Of a DNA stretch of 63,401 nucleotides, positions 23,301 through 37,600 are shown in pieces (within the stretch, counting starts at the first letter, position 1; every line of letters begins with the position of its first letter). The stretch is from Octopus bimaculoides (lineage: Eukaryota). The stretch lies in assembly GCF_001194135.2 (NCBI RefSeq), contig NC_068988.1:5330173-5393573 (forward strand), given 5' to 3'. A program made the translations under genes and the position numbers. A model generated the notes under the pieces. That model ran no database searches. It saw only the letters and a list, made by a program, of their open reading frames with translations, and had not been told where the DNA came from.

Positions 23301-26300
23301 GCAAGTGCCAGGGCATATCCTTGAGGTTTAAATGCCATAATATAAGTGAAGGGAGTGCGATTAATTATCCTTATTGCTTGCTCATCCAGAGATTTGTAAA
23401 TAGTTATGTTTCCTGTGCCATTTTGTCTTGCGGAAGACAGTCATGTTTTGCAATTTATTTGATATTATATCATATTTATTTTTCAATTACTTATTTACTT
23501 GTGCCGGTGGCACATGAAAAATCATTCAAGCGAGGTCGTTGCCAGTGCCACTGGACTGGCTCCTGTGCAGGTGCCACATAAAAAACACCACTTGAGCGTG
23601 GCCGTTGCCAGTACCGCCTGACTAGCATTAGGAAGGGCATCCAGCTGAAGAAACTCTGCCTGATCAAATTGGAGCCTGGTGCAGCCATCTGGTTCACCAA
23701 TCCTCAGTCAAATCGTCCAACCCATGCTAGCATGGAAAGCAGACGTTCAATGATGATGATGATGATGGTTAAACAGTTAAATATTCAGCCAGTTTGCTGT
23801 ACATACCTGATTACTGATATAAATAACTTATTTTTTGTAATTTCTCTTTTTAAGTACTGAATCTTCATCAGGTATAGAATATTATTGTTTTTTGCCTATC
23901 AAACAAAAAAGCATTGCTGTGCTATTTATTTTAATAGTTTTACATTGGTTTCACCAATTCTATAATCATGCCTATTGGTCTCTTTCATTTTCAAATTTAT
24001 TGAATCTAGTTATCCCAACAACTATGAAATAGTACCATCTGAAATTTCATAAATGAAATATTTTAATTTTTCAGGCTGGTTGGAAAGAGTCTCATGCAAC
24101 TTTCATGAATGAATTAAAAAATTTAAAAGCTGATGGGCTAACAGTATTAGGAGCATCTCTCAAGCATGCATTTGATCTTCTCAATATGAATCGAATGCAA
24201 TCTGGCATTGACACTTATGGTCAGGTAAAAAGATTTCTTCATTTTTCTTTTTTTTTTCTTTACTGCAATAATGATAAAATAACATTTACAGAAATTATTG
24301 GAAATGTTGTTTGCAGGAAATTATTTTGCAATAAACAATGAAAGATCAAAGAAAACTTACTTTAACATATTTAATAATGTGTTTCTGTTGTTATTAACAG
24401 GGTGGACTGACAGAATCATTAGTGTGTTAGGATAAAGCCTTTGCTGTATTAGTCCTGGCTCTACTTTTGAGTTCATCCAACATCAACTTTGCTTTCATCT
24501 TTTCAATGTTCCTAAACCAGAAACCATTGATATCGTTAATATTGTTCCTGGCTGAAGCTTATGTGTTACTTGTGTATTAAGTGCGACAACACCTGGTATA
24601 AAACATTGGCTTTGAATGTCAAGGTTGTGTGATGGCTAACATTCTCCACTAGATGTGTTAGCATGCATGTATGGCACATCACGGGTGAGCTGAGAGTTAA
24701 GAATTTAATGTGATCTGTTCAAAAACTGCTGGTGCAGATACATGATGTGTAGAAATACCAAACAATCCAAAGAGGAACACGAGAGAAGAGGTGAAGGCTG
24801 ATGTTAGCAGAGTACCAAACCTCATGAAGGAAATGACAGAAAATTGCAAGAAGTAAGACAAAGTAGTGAGGGCTGATCTGAAGGCGTTGAACCTTACAGG
24901 GGAGATGACAAAAGGACTGAGATAATTGGCAATATGCTGTGCTCTAGAGCAGTGCTCCGCAACCTTTTTTCACTTGGTGTTCACTTATATTCTGTTCAAA
25001 ATTCAGTGACACACTTGAACTAAAAATATAATTAAAAGTACGGGGGAAAAAATTATATTCAAGTTGCACTGCGGCACACCTAGCATCGTTTCGTGGCACA
25101 CCAATGTGCCACGGCATACTGGTTGTGGAGCACTGCTCTAAAGGACCAGTTTATCACAGGAAAAGTGAGGTTCTAAAAGTAAAATGCTTTTTCCTGTCCA
25201 TGGTGGGCCATACACCCAATTTGCCCACATCACACATCTCCTCTTCCTAGCACTTATCTCTCCCTTTTTGCCTATTTTCCAGTTGAGATTTAATCCTTAG
25301 TCTTTATATTTATTAGAGCATTAAAGCCTTCTCTGCTCTCATTGTATTTTATAGCTTAGAATATTGACAGTGTTTATCATCTTGAAATAAAATTACAGAT
25401 CTTAACATTTTGATTCATTAAAAATAAGTATTTTCTTTTTATCTTTTAAGGGCCGGTGTCCATTTTATCTAGAACCTGCTGTTATTGTATTAATCACTGA
25501 TCGAGGTCGACTAACTTCTCCAAATAGTGTTCAACTTGAGGTAAAGCATTATTTATTACTTAACTTTTTATTAGCATTTAATTTAAACTAGGTGCCATAT
25601 GTGTTTTAATTTAATTCTAAATTAATTAAAAATGGTTTTGTGAGAAAAAGAACTATAACTTATTTTTGTTTCTTGATGTACTAAAGTGCCATTTTGAACA
25701 CAATAACAAATTTTATATAAATCTGATAGAAGTTTACTCTGAAATTTATTCTGTTTCATAGCAATTATTTGGTTGAGATTGTTGGGGCAAGCGAAAGCGA
25801 AATCGTGATGGCACCTGTGCCCAGCATCGCCTTCCTGGCACATGTAAAGACATTCGAGCAAGATCGTCGCCAGTGCCGCTGGACTGGCTCTTGTGCAGGG
25901 GGCACGTAGAATACACCATTTTGAGCGTGGCCATTTCCAGTACCACCTGACTGGCCTTCGTGCTGGTGGCACGTAAAAGCACCCACTACACTCTCTGAGT
26001 GGTTGGCGTTAGGAAGGGCATCCAGCTGTAGAAACTCTACCAAATCAGATTGCAGCCCTGGTGCAGCCATCTGGTTCACCAGTCCTCAGTCAAATCGTCC
26101 AACCCATGCTAGCATGGAAAGCGGACGTTAAACGATGATGATGATGATGAACAAAGTTGGAGCATAAAAAAGACATCAATGAAGTTGTGTGCACATTACA
26201 GTAGATTTCAGCTTCACTTGAGTATACATAAAATTTATATAAAGACTTTTTATCTCTTGATGTTAGACCTCACTGAAAAGATTACTATGACAAAGTCAGG

Positions 26301-29300
26301 AACCTTCAGAACAGATTGACTGGTGTTTACAAACATTATGGTCTTGAGCCAGGAATTTAGTGATAAAGATCTTCCAGTTCTATGATACATTATACTCAGA
26401 ACATTAATCAACCAACTAGTCACTCAGTGCTCAAATTGGCACAGAAGCTAAATTAATTTTATTTTTATGAAAGAAAGAAATGAACAAATAGTTGTGAATG
26501 ACTTCTCTAAAAAAAATTTTCATTGGTTTCTTTTCAGTTGAATCTTCCAATGAATTCAGTGGTCCCAGGTTGTGAACTAACAAAAGAACCATTTAGATGG
26601 GATCAAAGAATATTTGGCTTAGTTCTGGAGATTCCAGCAACCCCACCAGTCGATAATGGATTTGTTTATATTCCTGTTGCTGAAACCCATCCAATTAACG
26701 CAATGTGTGATGTCACCGGTGGTAAAAACCTAACCTTAATTTACTTTTAAGTCTTAGAAATTTTTTTTTTTTTACTTTTTATTTTGATTCACGATAGGTG
26801 AGAGTCAAGGTATTTGAGGTACTGAAAAAAAGGCCCAAAGTTATCTTGTCACTGGGATTTATTTTAGCTGGCACAAGATATTGTGTGATCATGGCTTATA
26901 TGGTTAATGTATTTTTGGAATACAAGGGAGAACAGTTCTTGGAATAAAAACTTATTCAGAATTTGGTGTAAGCTGAAAATAGAAGGGATAAAACAGAGAA
27001 ACTGGTGGAACAGGTGAGTTCAAGTAAAAGTAGGGTCCAACAGGGAAATTCTGAAGAGCAGCATACTTTATTGCAGAATTGTAATAAAATAGTACATTTG
27101 TGGACTAATGATAAAAGATTTTCAAAATAATAGATTTTGTCAGTCTGATAGTTCTAGGTGGAATCAAGGTTATCAATAATCAAGTAAAGTATGCCATTAA
27201 CTTTAGGATAAAAAACAGAAAAGAAAAAAAATTGTGGGTTTCTGTTGTTTCTTGCAATTTTTCTTTGTTTTACACATATTTCTAGTAATTTCTAGGTGTT
27301 TTTTAAATTATTTTATATGCCTACTTACAATTATATATATATATATATTTCATTTATAGAATGATCAATTATTTGTTTATTATGCAGGGCGATCTTATGC
27401 AATTTTGTCTCAAAAAATGTTGAATGCAGCTCTTGAATCATTAGTTCAGAAGGTTCAAGCAGGAGTTGTCATAAATTTTGAGAAAATTGGTCCTGATCCT
27501 AAGCCAGTAAATGAAGGTAAGTGTTTTGTTATGTTATAAAAATGTAAAATTGCTCTCAATATGAGAAATACTCCCTTGCAAATGGTACTTTGGTTTTAGA
27601 CCTTTTATTCACCATTAAACTTTCTGACATGGGTCCATTCATCCAGGTTTTCAAATTCTTCAGTGAGAATTAGACTTGTATGAAAAATGAATTACTTCCA
27701 TAGCCAGATATATTGACAAACGAAATTGTTTAAAATCACAAAATAACATTGTTTCCAGTTTGACACTACATGTCAAAGTAATTGCAATCTTTGAATTTCT
27801 GTTTTAGAAAATGGTGATGTAACAAACCAGTATGGAGAAAATGATAAACGAGAAATAGAATCTCAAAGTTCAGGGGCAACTCCAGCCTGGCACAGTAACA
27901 GGAAACTCATCTATGTTCAACGATCAGCACAAAAAGGGTATTCTGTTGGTCATTGGCCAATACCAGAAGCCTATTGGCCTGACAGTAGTATTCAGACTTT
28001 GGTAAGTTATTATTCAGGAATTCTTTACGACTAAATCATTTGTGATAAGAAGTGTGTGTATATATTATATATCCATTTTCCATACTGGCATGGTTTGAAC
28101 TGTGTGACAGGAGCTGACCAGCCAGATAGCTGCACTGGGCTCCAATCGTCTCTTTTGGCATGATTTCTACAGCCAGGTGTTTTATACATAGCACCAGAAA
28201 GGGTGCTTTTTGTGGCACCAGCACTGGTGAATTATTATATGGCACTGGCACAAGCGTCTTTTACATCTTGGTGAGTGGTCAGTGTTACTGACACATCCCA
28301 CCAAAAGTTTGATTCTTGTTTCTGATAGCTAAGTGTATTAATGTGTTGTAGAATTACCAACAACAAGAAACAACTCTTATAGGTTTGAACAGTTCTCTGT
28401 AAAAAACACTGGTGATGGTGCCACGTAAAAAGCACTTACTACACTCTGTAAAGTAGTTGGCACTAGGAAGGGCATCCAGCTATAAAAACCAAGCCAAAAC
28501 CAACAATGGAACCTAGTACAGCTTCCAGCATTGCCAGCATGGAAAATGGACATTAAATGATGATGAAGGGTCAATGAGCTGGTTTTTCAAAATCTTTTTT
28601 TAACTTTTTGAATATTTCACTGCTGGTTGTATATTTGTAATTATTTCTTGGTTGTTTTGGTTATAAAACTGATAATAAAATAGAAACACGGGTTTCTTTC
28701 AATGCTTATTGTTGAGTTATCTAATGTAATTTTGATAATAACGTTCATATAAAGTCAACGAAAAACATAAGCAGTTCAGTAAATGCCATATTTATGTATT
28801 ATAATGAGTTTGCTTCAGCTTTAATTGTTTTAACANNNNNNNNNNNNNNNNNNNNNNNNNNNNNNNNNNNNNNNNNNNNNNNNNNNNNNNNNNNNNNNNN
28901 NNNNNNNNNNNNNNNNNNNNNNNNNNNNNNNNNNNNNNNNNNNNNNNNNNNNNNNNNNNNNNNNNNNNNNNNNNNNNNNNNNNNNNNCTTGTCTAGACTC
29001 AAATCCAAAGTAAAGAATTTATAGTTTTGAATTACATAAAAAAAGACTGGCATTCTTTATAGTTTGTCCGGTTCCACCCAGTCCCCCACCCTTCCTTCTA
29101 AAAGGACGCTGGTAACGATCACGCTCAAATGGTGCCATCTACATGCCATCAGCATGGAAGCCAGACAGCTGCTCTGGCAATGATCATACTCGGATGGTGC
29201 TGTTAGCGCTCCACTGGCACAGGTGCCAGTCATCGAATTTGGTTCAATTACGATTTCGATTTCACTTGACCCAACAGGTCTTCGCAAGCAGAGTTTAGTG

Positions 29301-31890
29301 TCCAATGAAAGAAAGGTTGGCATGGGAGTCGTCGAATTTGGTTCATGTAGTTTCTTTACAGGAAACCTGTTATGTTATGTTCGGGCGCTTTTTCTTTAAA
29401 ACTTTATCCCTCTCTACACATTATCCTAGTATAAAGTTTCCTTGCATCCGTGGGGTTTGTAGTCACATAAGCTTCATAGAGACCTCACAAGTGCTGGTGG
29501 CATGGAAAAGAACACCCAGTGCATGCTGTAAAGTAGCTGGCGTTAGGAAGAGCATCCAGCTGTGTAGAGACCATTCCAAAGCAGACACTGGAGCACAATG
29601 CAGTCTTTGAGCCTATCAGATCCTGTGCAACCCGGGAATGAGGTAGAGGATAAGAGTAAAATAAAATTTTGAGGTAAACCACTATTAACACATACAAAAG
29701 TTATGTGTCTAGAATTGAGCTTAAAACAATAAAGGTTTGGAAGAACTGTTTAATCACATGTCTGGTAAAAGTCTCAAAATTCTGGCATAGTTATAAGGAA
29801 AAAAGATTATTTTAAAACTTTACTAAAAATTCAGCCACATCATGTTAATTTATATATATTTATGAAATGTAATTATTTTTATATAATTTTCACTGTTCAT
29901 TAATGCAATAATTACTTTTTTCAATTTCAGAGCCCACGAACTGCTCAACCTGTGGTACAGTTTTCATGTACAGCATGTGAACCGTTAGTTATCGACAATC
30001 TCCCTTTTGATAAATATGAACTCGAGCCGTCACCACTAACTCAATATATCCTTGAACGTAAACAACCAAACAATTGTTGGCAAGTTAGTATTGTCAATAA
30101 CTTTGTGTTTGTCATGATGACTTTTCAGGCAATAAATACCCCATATTAATGTCAAGCACCTTGTTTAACCGTCTGTTCCCAAATTTTCAATATAAGCATT
30201 CAATAATTTTATATTTAGAGAATACAAGATGGTTAGTGTAGAAAATAGGTTCAATTCAAAAATTAAATTGAAGCACAAATTATTTTGTTATCAGAGTGTA
30301 ATATTATTTTAGTTGTCCCAACATGCAACTGACCAAACATTAAAAAAGCAAGACTCTGCTCCTTGTGAAGAGGTGTAACGTTTTGAGGGTTTCTAAATTC
30401 TTGAATATTTGTTGGGCAATTCATTAAGTGATTGTTATGAAACCTTTTGGCTTAGCATAAATTTTCATCCTTAAAATGCAAGTGACTTATTTTCCTCACT
30501 TCATAACTTATATATAAAAGATTGTACAGTAATCACTCGCCTTATCGCGACTCACCTATCGTGCCCTCAGTACAGCACGGATTTTGCTGGCTAATATATG
30601 TAAATTTATATTGCAGACTCCTCAGTATATCGCTGGTTTCTGCGGCTGATGGATATTTGTATTTTTTTAGAATTAAATAATTTCTGTGGTAAAATAAGCA
30701 TTTTCACACCTAAAAATTGATAGAACTAAAAAACAAATACACTCAAAAATGATGATGAAAAGTAGTTGGAGGTTGAGGGTAATAGATGCAGTTAGTGACA
30801 GGACGAAAGAACATCAAACTTCCACTAATCTTTTTTATGTAATTATGTTGTACTGTATTTATATCATAGATAATTTCCCATTATAAAGAATATTTTTCTA
30901 AAGTTTTGGGTTTCTTTTTCTTGTCTCTAGGTATTTGTAAGTAACAGTGCCAAATTTGACTTCTGCCATCCATTTGGTTATGTAAAAGCTAGCAGTAACC
31001 TATCATGTGTTAACTTATTTGTGATGCCATATAACTATCCAGTACTGTTGCCACTGCTTGGTAAATATAAACTTTTATTTTTTTCTATTAAAATTAAATT
31101 TCTTTTCATATAGGCACAAGCATAGCTGTGTGGTTAAGATGTATGCTTCGCAACCATGTGGCACCAATTTTGAAATTGCTGCACGACACCTTAGGCAAGT
31201 GTCTTTTGCTGTAGTCTTGGGTTGAAAAAATGCCCTGTGAGTGAAGCTTGGTAGACAGAAACTGTGTGGAAGCCTGCTATATATGTGTTTGTGTTTTTGT
31301 TGACTGGTATGTTGAGTTGCATCCTTTAATATCAAAAATATAGCTGAGCAATTCAATGTGGTCAACTAAAATCACTTCAAGGCTATGTCTTAGCATGAGC
31401 ATCGTATTGAGACTAAAATAAGTGTAACAACATCCAAATTGTTTTTTTATTTTTTATATTCTCAGATGAATTGTTCAAGGTTCATAAATCTAAACCTACC
31501 AAAAACTGGCGGCAACAATTTGACAGTTATTTGAAAACAATGCCTGTTTATTATGCTGGGGTAAGTTACTTAAAAAGCTATTTAATCAGCTTTCTGAAGC
31601 AATTTTTTCCTGACATAATGATCAGCTTAGTTTTATTTTACATATATATATATATATAATCAGTGCCAAAAGTCTTTTAATTCAGCTGCTATAGAAATGG
31701 TGTAGAGTTAGCATTTGAAAGAAGTGTGTGGTATGGAAACAACAGCATGTTGATACAATACTGTATAGGTGTCTCAGTGTACCTACTAAATTTTAATTGT
31801 TAATAAGATAGGAAAGGTTTGTTTCACTTTTTATCATTGTTCAAAATTTTTGAAATTTCTTTTATAATTAAGTAGTAGTATGAGAATTAG

Positions 31891-31923
<33 letters not shown>

Positions 31924-34651
31924 CTATAGTTGAACTCCTTAAATCTTATAAGATTATCCTTATAAGGCAAATTTGTCATTTTGGATGCACTTCACCCTTC
32001 ACCCAATATTACTATAACACATTAACATTGCAGCTACAAGGAAACATATCAAGTACATTAAAATCCATCTCTGTATGCCCACATGTAGAAATAAAAAAAT
32101 ATTTGCTGGTATAATTCACCTTTTAGCTTCACCTGGCTCGAGAGAAAGGGTGATCGGAAATGAGGACAGAAACTGGTGTGCCACTGTAAAGGAGGTAGAT
32201 GGTTACCTAAGCTGAGGGGGAAGAGTAGGAGACAATAAGAACACGAGAGAACAGAAAAAAGTGCCAGGCATACTCAAGGGTTGAGGATCAGAATATAAAT
32301 GGGATGGTTGCATAAAAGAAGAGAGAAAAATGGTGGCAACTGAGGTAATAATATAGGCAGCAGGACATAGCCAAGGAAGCATGAGTGGAGAGTGGAGGGT
32401 GCAGTGAGTGGTGAAAATCTGGGTGTGTAGAGGGGTTGGGGGTACTACCAGATAGCAATGATACAATGAAAAGGATTGGAGAATGACAGGTAAGCATAGT
32501 GTGTGAAAGAAGAGATGTGAGAAAGAGAAGAGAATTGTAGTTTGGTGTGTTAAGGGAGGGTGTGTAAAAAGTTTTCTTGGAACACACAGCGCTTCTAGAA
32601 CCAAGTTTTGCTGACATGGAGTGGGGTCTTCTCAAGAAACTTATATCACCAGACATCTCAGTTCATTTTCATTTCCTCGTGAGCCCCAACATCCAGAGAT
32701 CAGAGCCTCAAGCTGTTGAAACCTTGCACAGCCCTGCAGTTCACTGGATCCTGTCAAACTGTCCAACCCATGCCAGCATGGAAAGCAGATGTTAAATTTC
32801 CAATTTCACATTCTGCCTCATCACACATTGCATACATACCACACTCTTTAACTACAACAAAGCTAGCTATGGCAAAGAGCACAGATCATAATAGTTTCCT
32901 TAGAATCAGCTATGCATTCTTAACCAACAACAAAGGAACCAGTACCTAGTTGCATCCATTTCCCCATGATTGTATGTATCTTGTATATTGGCTACTGAAC
33001 ATCTTTTTATAATTCATAATTCTATTAAAAACTGGCCAAATTACTTTACATAATGATATTTGTTTTTAACATGTTTCTGTAAGGGATTGTTTCCTCTACA
33101 CACAATGCATATGATTCAAAGTCTTTTGTCAGCCTAATTGTACTCATCTACAATTTCATCTCAAGTTATTTTCAAAGATTTCAATTATTTTTTTATCATA
33201 AGTTAATAGCATTCTCTTTATTTTCTACAGCCTTTACGGAAAGCATTACAACGTATGGGTGCCCCAAGTCTGATCCCAGATAATATGGAAAATTGCCTCA
33301 GTTATAGTGTTATCACATACCTCAAAAAGTTGAAAAACCAGGTGATTACAAATTTAAGTTCATTTTATGCAACATAATTGGGTTCTCATTCTAGAAGTAC
33401 AGACAAATGATTTCACTGAAAAGTATAAATATATTTTAATGTGCTTTCACAGTCAGTTAATCTCTATTAGTAAGTGTAACTAGTAAATATTTTCAACCAA
33501 TTGACATTCAGTTCCACTGGATGTATCCTGTTTGACACTCACCTGTTATTGCACCATTCGGTGGTGTGAGCAGTCTGGAAATTTGAAGTATACTACATCT
33601 AATTTCTTGTTCATTCATAGAATCAAGCAAATGCAGTGGAAATAGGTATGGGGTGTGACCATAGAGGCTTAGATACATTTCTTCAGACTTTTCTTTTCTT
33701 TTTTTTAAATCCTGCACAGAATTTCTAGAGATATTGCTGTTGTGGCTATTTTAGTCTCATAATTTTGTTTGATTCTGTATGAATTTACAAAAAGACAAAT
33801 CATCTCAGGATATTATTGATGTAGTTCTGTGGAGAGTTGTTTACAATGCATCTAAGTATTTGTAAATGTAGATACATTTAAACCCGTTCACCTTAAAAAC
33901 ATTGCTGTTTTATTACATGCATGAAAGTATTGACAGAACTTTGAAAACCGTTTTTGAAATTCTGAGAATATTACACTGGAAATATGGGGGCCACCAAAGA
34001 ACTCGTCTGTGTTCAAATAATTGATTTAAACCAACCATGAGCAAACTGCAGCCTGCAAGACTTTCTGAATGGCACACCTAATGAATAATGATAAGCCGTG
34101 TTTCATGTGCCCTGCTTCTCAAAAAAGGTTTCTCATACTGATTTAAAACATCCATTTTTCGTCATAATGGCATGGTTTTTCACACTATAAGCAAGTCATA
34201 ATTTCCCTCACTCTTCTCTCACCTCAGTTGTGTGATTCAATAACTTTACATCTGGCCTCAGCTCTCCCTTCTATGTCCTGTTTTTCATGTAATTCAATGC
34301 TTGCGAGTGTTTGACCATGAGTGAGGTGGAACATTTCAGTTTTACAAGGAGCTGTTGTGTCACTTTCATTTCATGTGGTAATTGTTTAGACCACCAATGT
34401 TATTCTCAAACTGTAACAGCTTAACTGCATTGTTAATATTTATGATATATCTAAATATACATGGAGAAAAACAATAAAACATGTATAATTAACCTGATTG
34501 TCATAAATATATCCCGTCTCCACTTACATATTAAGAAATCACCTAAACAAAATCTGAAACGTGAAAATGAAATATAAAATACTTACATCTAGTTATCTCC
34601 ATTGATATACTGAAACTAATGGTTATTGATAGTAAAAAATTATTATGCAGC

Positions 34652-34687
<36 letters not shown>

Positions 34688-37600
34688 GAGAAAGGTAGCT
34701 TTATTTAGTTCATATATTCTTCTATCTGCATCTCTATACTTCTGTAGTTTCTGTGGTGTGGTTCGGGCCAAACTAATAAAAACTAACAACAATTTTCTCA
34801 GTGCCAAAGTGGATGTGCCAATACTTCCATAACCTTTAAATGACCATATAAAGTTTATTTGAAATTTTCTTTCGAATTTTTGATGAACATTTTATTAAAA
34901 TTTTATACATCTGGAAAACAAGCCCTCCTCAAAATGATTAGTGATTGAATTGTTGATTTATGTCCAGAATATATTTTGTATCATTGAGAAATAGGTAGAT
35001 ACTCAATAAAGAATTAAATAAAAGAAACATTTAATGAATCAAAATACTAATTAGTTTTATCTATGTTTATTTCTATACACAACAATATATGTGTGTTACA
35101 AGACACAGGCAGGAAATTTTGACAATCAAACAATGTCTGTGTAGACAATATTTTTAGTGAATTTAACACTTTCATAATTGGGATGCCTGTGAGATCCTCT
35201 TGGTAGAGTAAACTGACTTTGACCAGTAAAAATCTTTCTGAGGAGTGCTCAATTCTACTGAGAGCAATATGCAACTGACCATTGTGTGAATGTGTGAAGA
35301 AAGTAACTTATTAAAATTAAAAAATGGAACATTTCATAAATTTTCTTGAAAGAAATTTAAAGAACAGAGATTCATCATTTTCTTCCATATATGCATACAC
35401 ATGTACATACATGCAGAAGGAGAGAGAGCAAGAATGGGGTGTATTGGGTGGAAGATTGAGGTAAAAACTGCGATAGATCTCTACCACTGCATCGCATCAC
35501 TTTGTCAAATTATACATTCTTCGTTCATGACGAACTATTCATTAATGAACTTTAAAATGACCGCAAGTAAATAATTATCCAATTATTTTCTGAAATTGAT
35601 GGGATGGAGAAAGTGCCCGAGTCATCTAAGTAACTTGTGTATTGGGTGAGAGATCAAAGTAAAAACAGTGATTGAAAGGCAGAGGTAGATAGAAAGATAG
35701 ATAGATGGCTTTTCTTATTGTGAAGTAACTTCTTAAAATTTACAAGTTTTCTTAAGAGAAATTCAAAGAGAGGAGGTTCATTATTTTCTTTGTATTTTGT
35801 AATAAATTTTCAAAAGTGGTAGCTTAATGTCTTTAAAGATCATGTTGGGAAATAATGTGTATGTCTATGTACATAAATAGAAGAAAAAGGGAGAATGAGA
35901 AAGAGGTGGAAAGTAGTGAAAGAAACCCAAAGTTATGTGACAGATAGGTTTGACAAAAGCTATTATATCAATTATTATTTTTGCATGTCTGCTAGATAGA
36001 TGTAAATATAAATAAATCTGTTATTAATTTAAGTTAATTTGTAAATCTTTTACAGCCATAATTTGATACAAACTTTTTTTTTTTTTTGTTTTTGTTCAAA
36101 TTTCATTTCATTGTTACTTAGGCTAAGATTGAAATGGACCGTTTAATAGCTTCCGTTGGTCAAAAGTTGCCTCCACCAGATGGACTTAAAGTAAATTTAA
36201 GGTAATTTGTAAGAATTTTTTTTTTCTTTTTTGTCTCATGAGGAAAGAGCTGGCTTTTTAACTGTCGCAGCCCCTTCAAGACTAGTGAAACTGATGCAGT
36301 TGCTGCTCAATTTAAGCGTCTGTAATATTTACATTGCAGGAAAGATGTGACTGGGAAGGGAACTACAGAGAGAAAGGTTTATATTCTGAACAGTGGGCCA
36401 GTAGTGAAATTTTATTTTCATTGCCCCTTGTATGGTTTTAGGCAAGGACTTACACAAGAACAGCCCTGAATCTTAACAGAACACATTCACAATAGCTGCA
36501 ACTTTATATTTAATCTCAACAAATTAGTAATAACACTACAAGAATTTGTCTTGTTGCATCTTCTGCTGTATGCTGCCCCAATAAGTATTTGCTCTCCCTC
36601 ACCCACACTCTTACTCTTTTACATCAACCTACTTACTTGTCCCCTCTAGCAATGTGCATTCCTATGCACATGTTACTTCACTTCACACTAAATTTCCACA
36701 CACAAATGTTATGTACATGCAGCCTTGATCCCTCATCTCAAACATGAAGTTAGGTCCTTGAACAGAAGCTGTAAAAATATTTCCCTGTGGGAGTGTATCC
36801 ATGTTTCCTTCAACACCACATAGACACAACCATTGCACGTCCATTTAGTCATGCTAACCTGTGTTGGACAGGTCTTCTCTGGTCGTGTCTTGCACCATTC
36901 AACATCCTGAGATCAGCCATCACCACTTTTTCCCATGTTGGCTTTGGTTTTCCATTTCCACCAGTTCCTTTCACATGAATTGTGTGATAATTCTTTATCT
37001 AACTATCATCATTCATACAAATACAATCCCCTCTCTTGCACATTACAACTGATTTCATTTATGCACAGTTTTCCTCTGTTTTGTGTGTTCTGTCTAGACC
37101 AGAATGATTAACATGTTTGTCTGCAAACTCTTGATCTGTCTTCAACTGCCTAAAACTGCCCTCTTATATTGCTGGACTTCAATCTACAACCCATGGCTTT
37201 ACACTTTTCTTTATCCTTCCAAATAAGGATGCTTGAGTAAGAAGGGATTGCATCAAATCTTTTTATTCAAAGTATGCTGTCCCCTGTTTCCCATCATCAC
37301 TCCCCTTTTATTACAAGCTTGACTCTTCATCACCCATACTCTCCTTAATATTTCTATACTACCAGCTGCCATTCCCTTGACCTCGGGTCATTCATTACTG
37401 ACATCCATCACACTCTTTTTACCTACAAACATGTAGTTGCCACTTATTCTGTGCCGTTTCTGTCTTTCCCATTTCTCCCAAATTCTACACCCCCACCCCG
37501 CCTTACTCTCTTTTTTTTTTTTTGTCTCCCTCATCCTAATTTGTATTGCACAATTATCCTCTTTTCTACCCATTTTATGGGTTGCTGAGTTCTGAACAAA

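Noticed and set aside
25790-26000. Repeated short modules resembling a CRISPR-like repeat-spacer pattern
   Set aside because: These are irregular modules of a dispersed eukaryotic retroposon tail, with no constant repeat or spacer length and no cas genes.
30931-30942. AG|GT recursive-splice-like site and internal GTAAGT 6 nt into INTS6 exon 9
   Set aside because: It encodes the conserved VFVS residues, and use of the internal donor would frameshift, so it is likely coincidental.
35520-35600. Possible C/D box snoRNA (atgacga...ctga)
   Set aside because: Box C is imperfect, there is no terminal stem and no identifiable rRNA guide.
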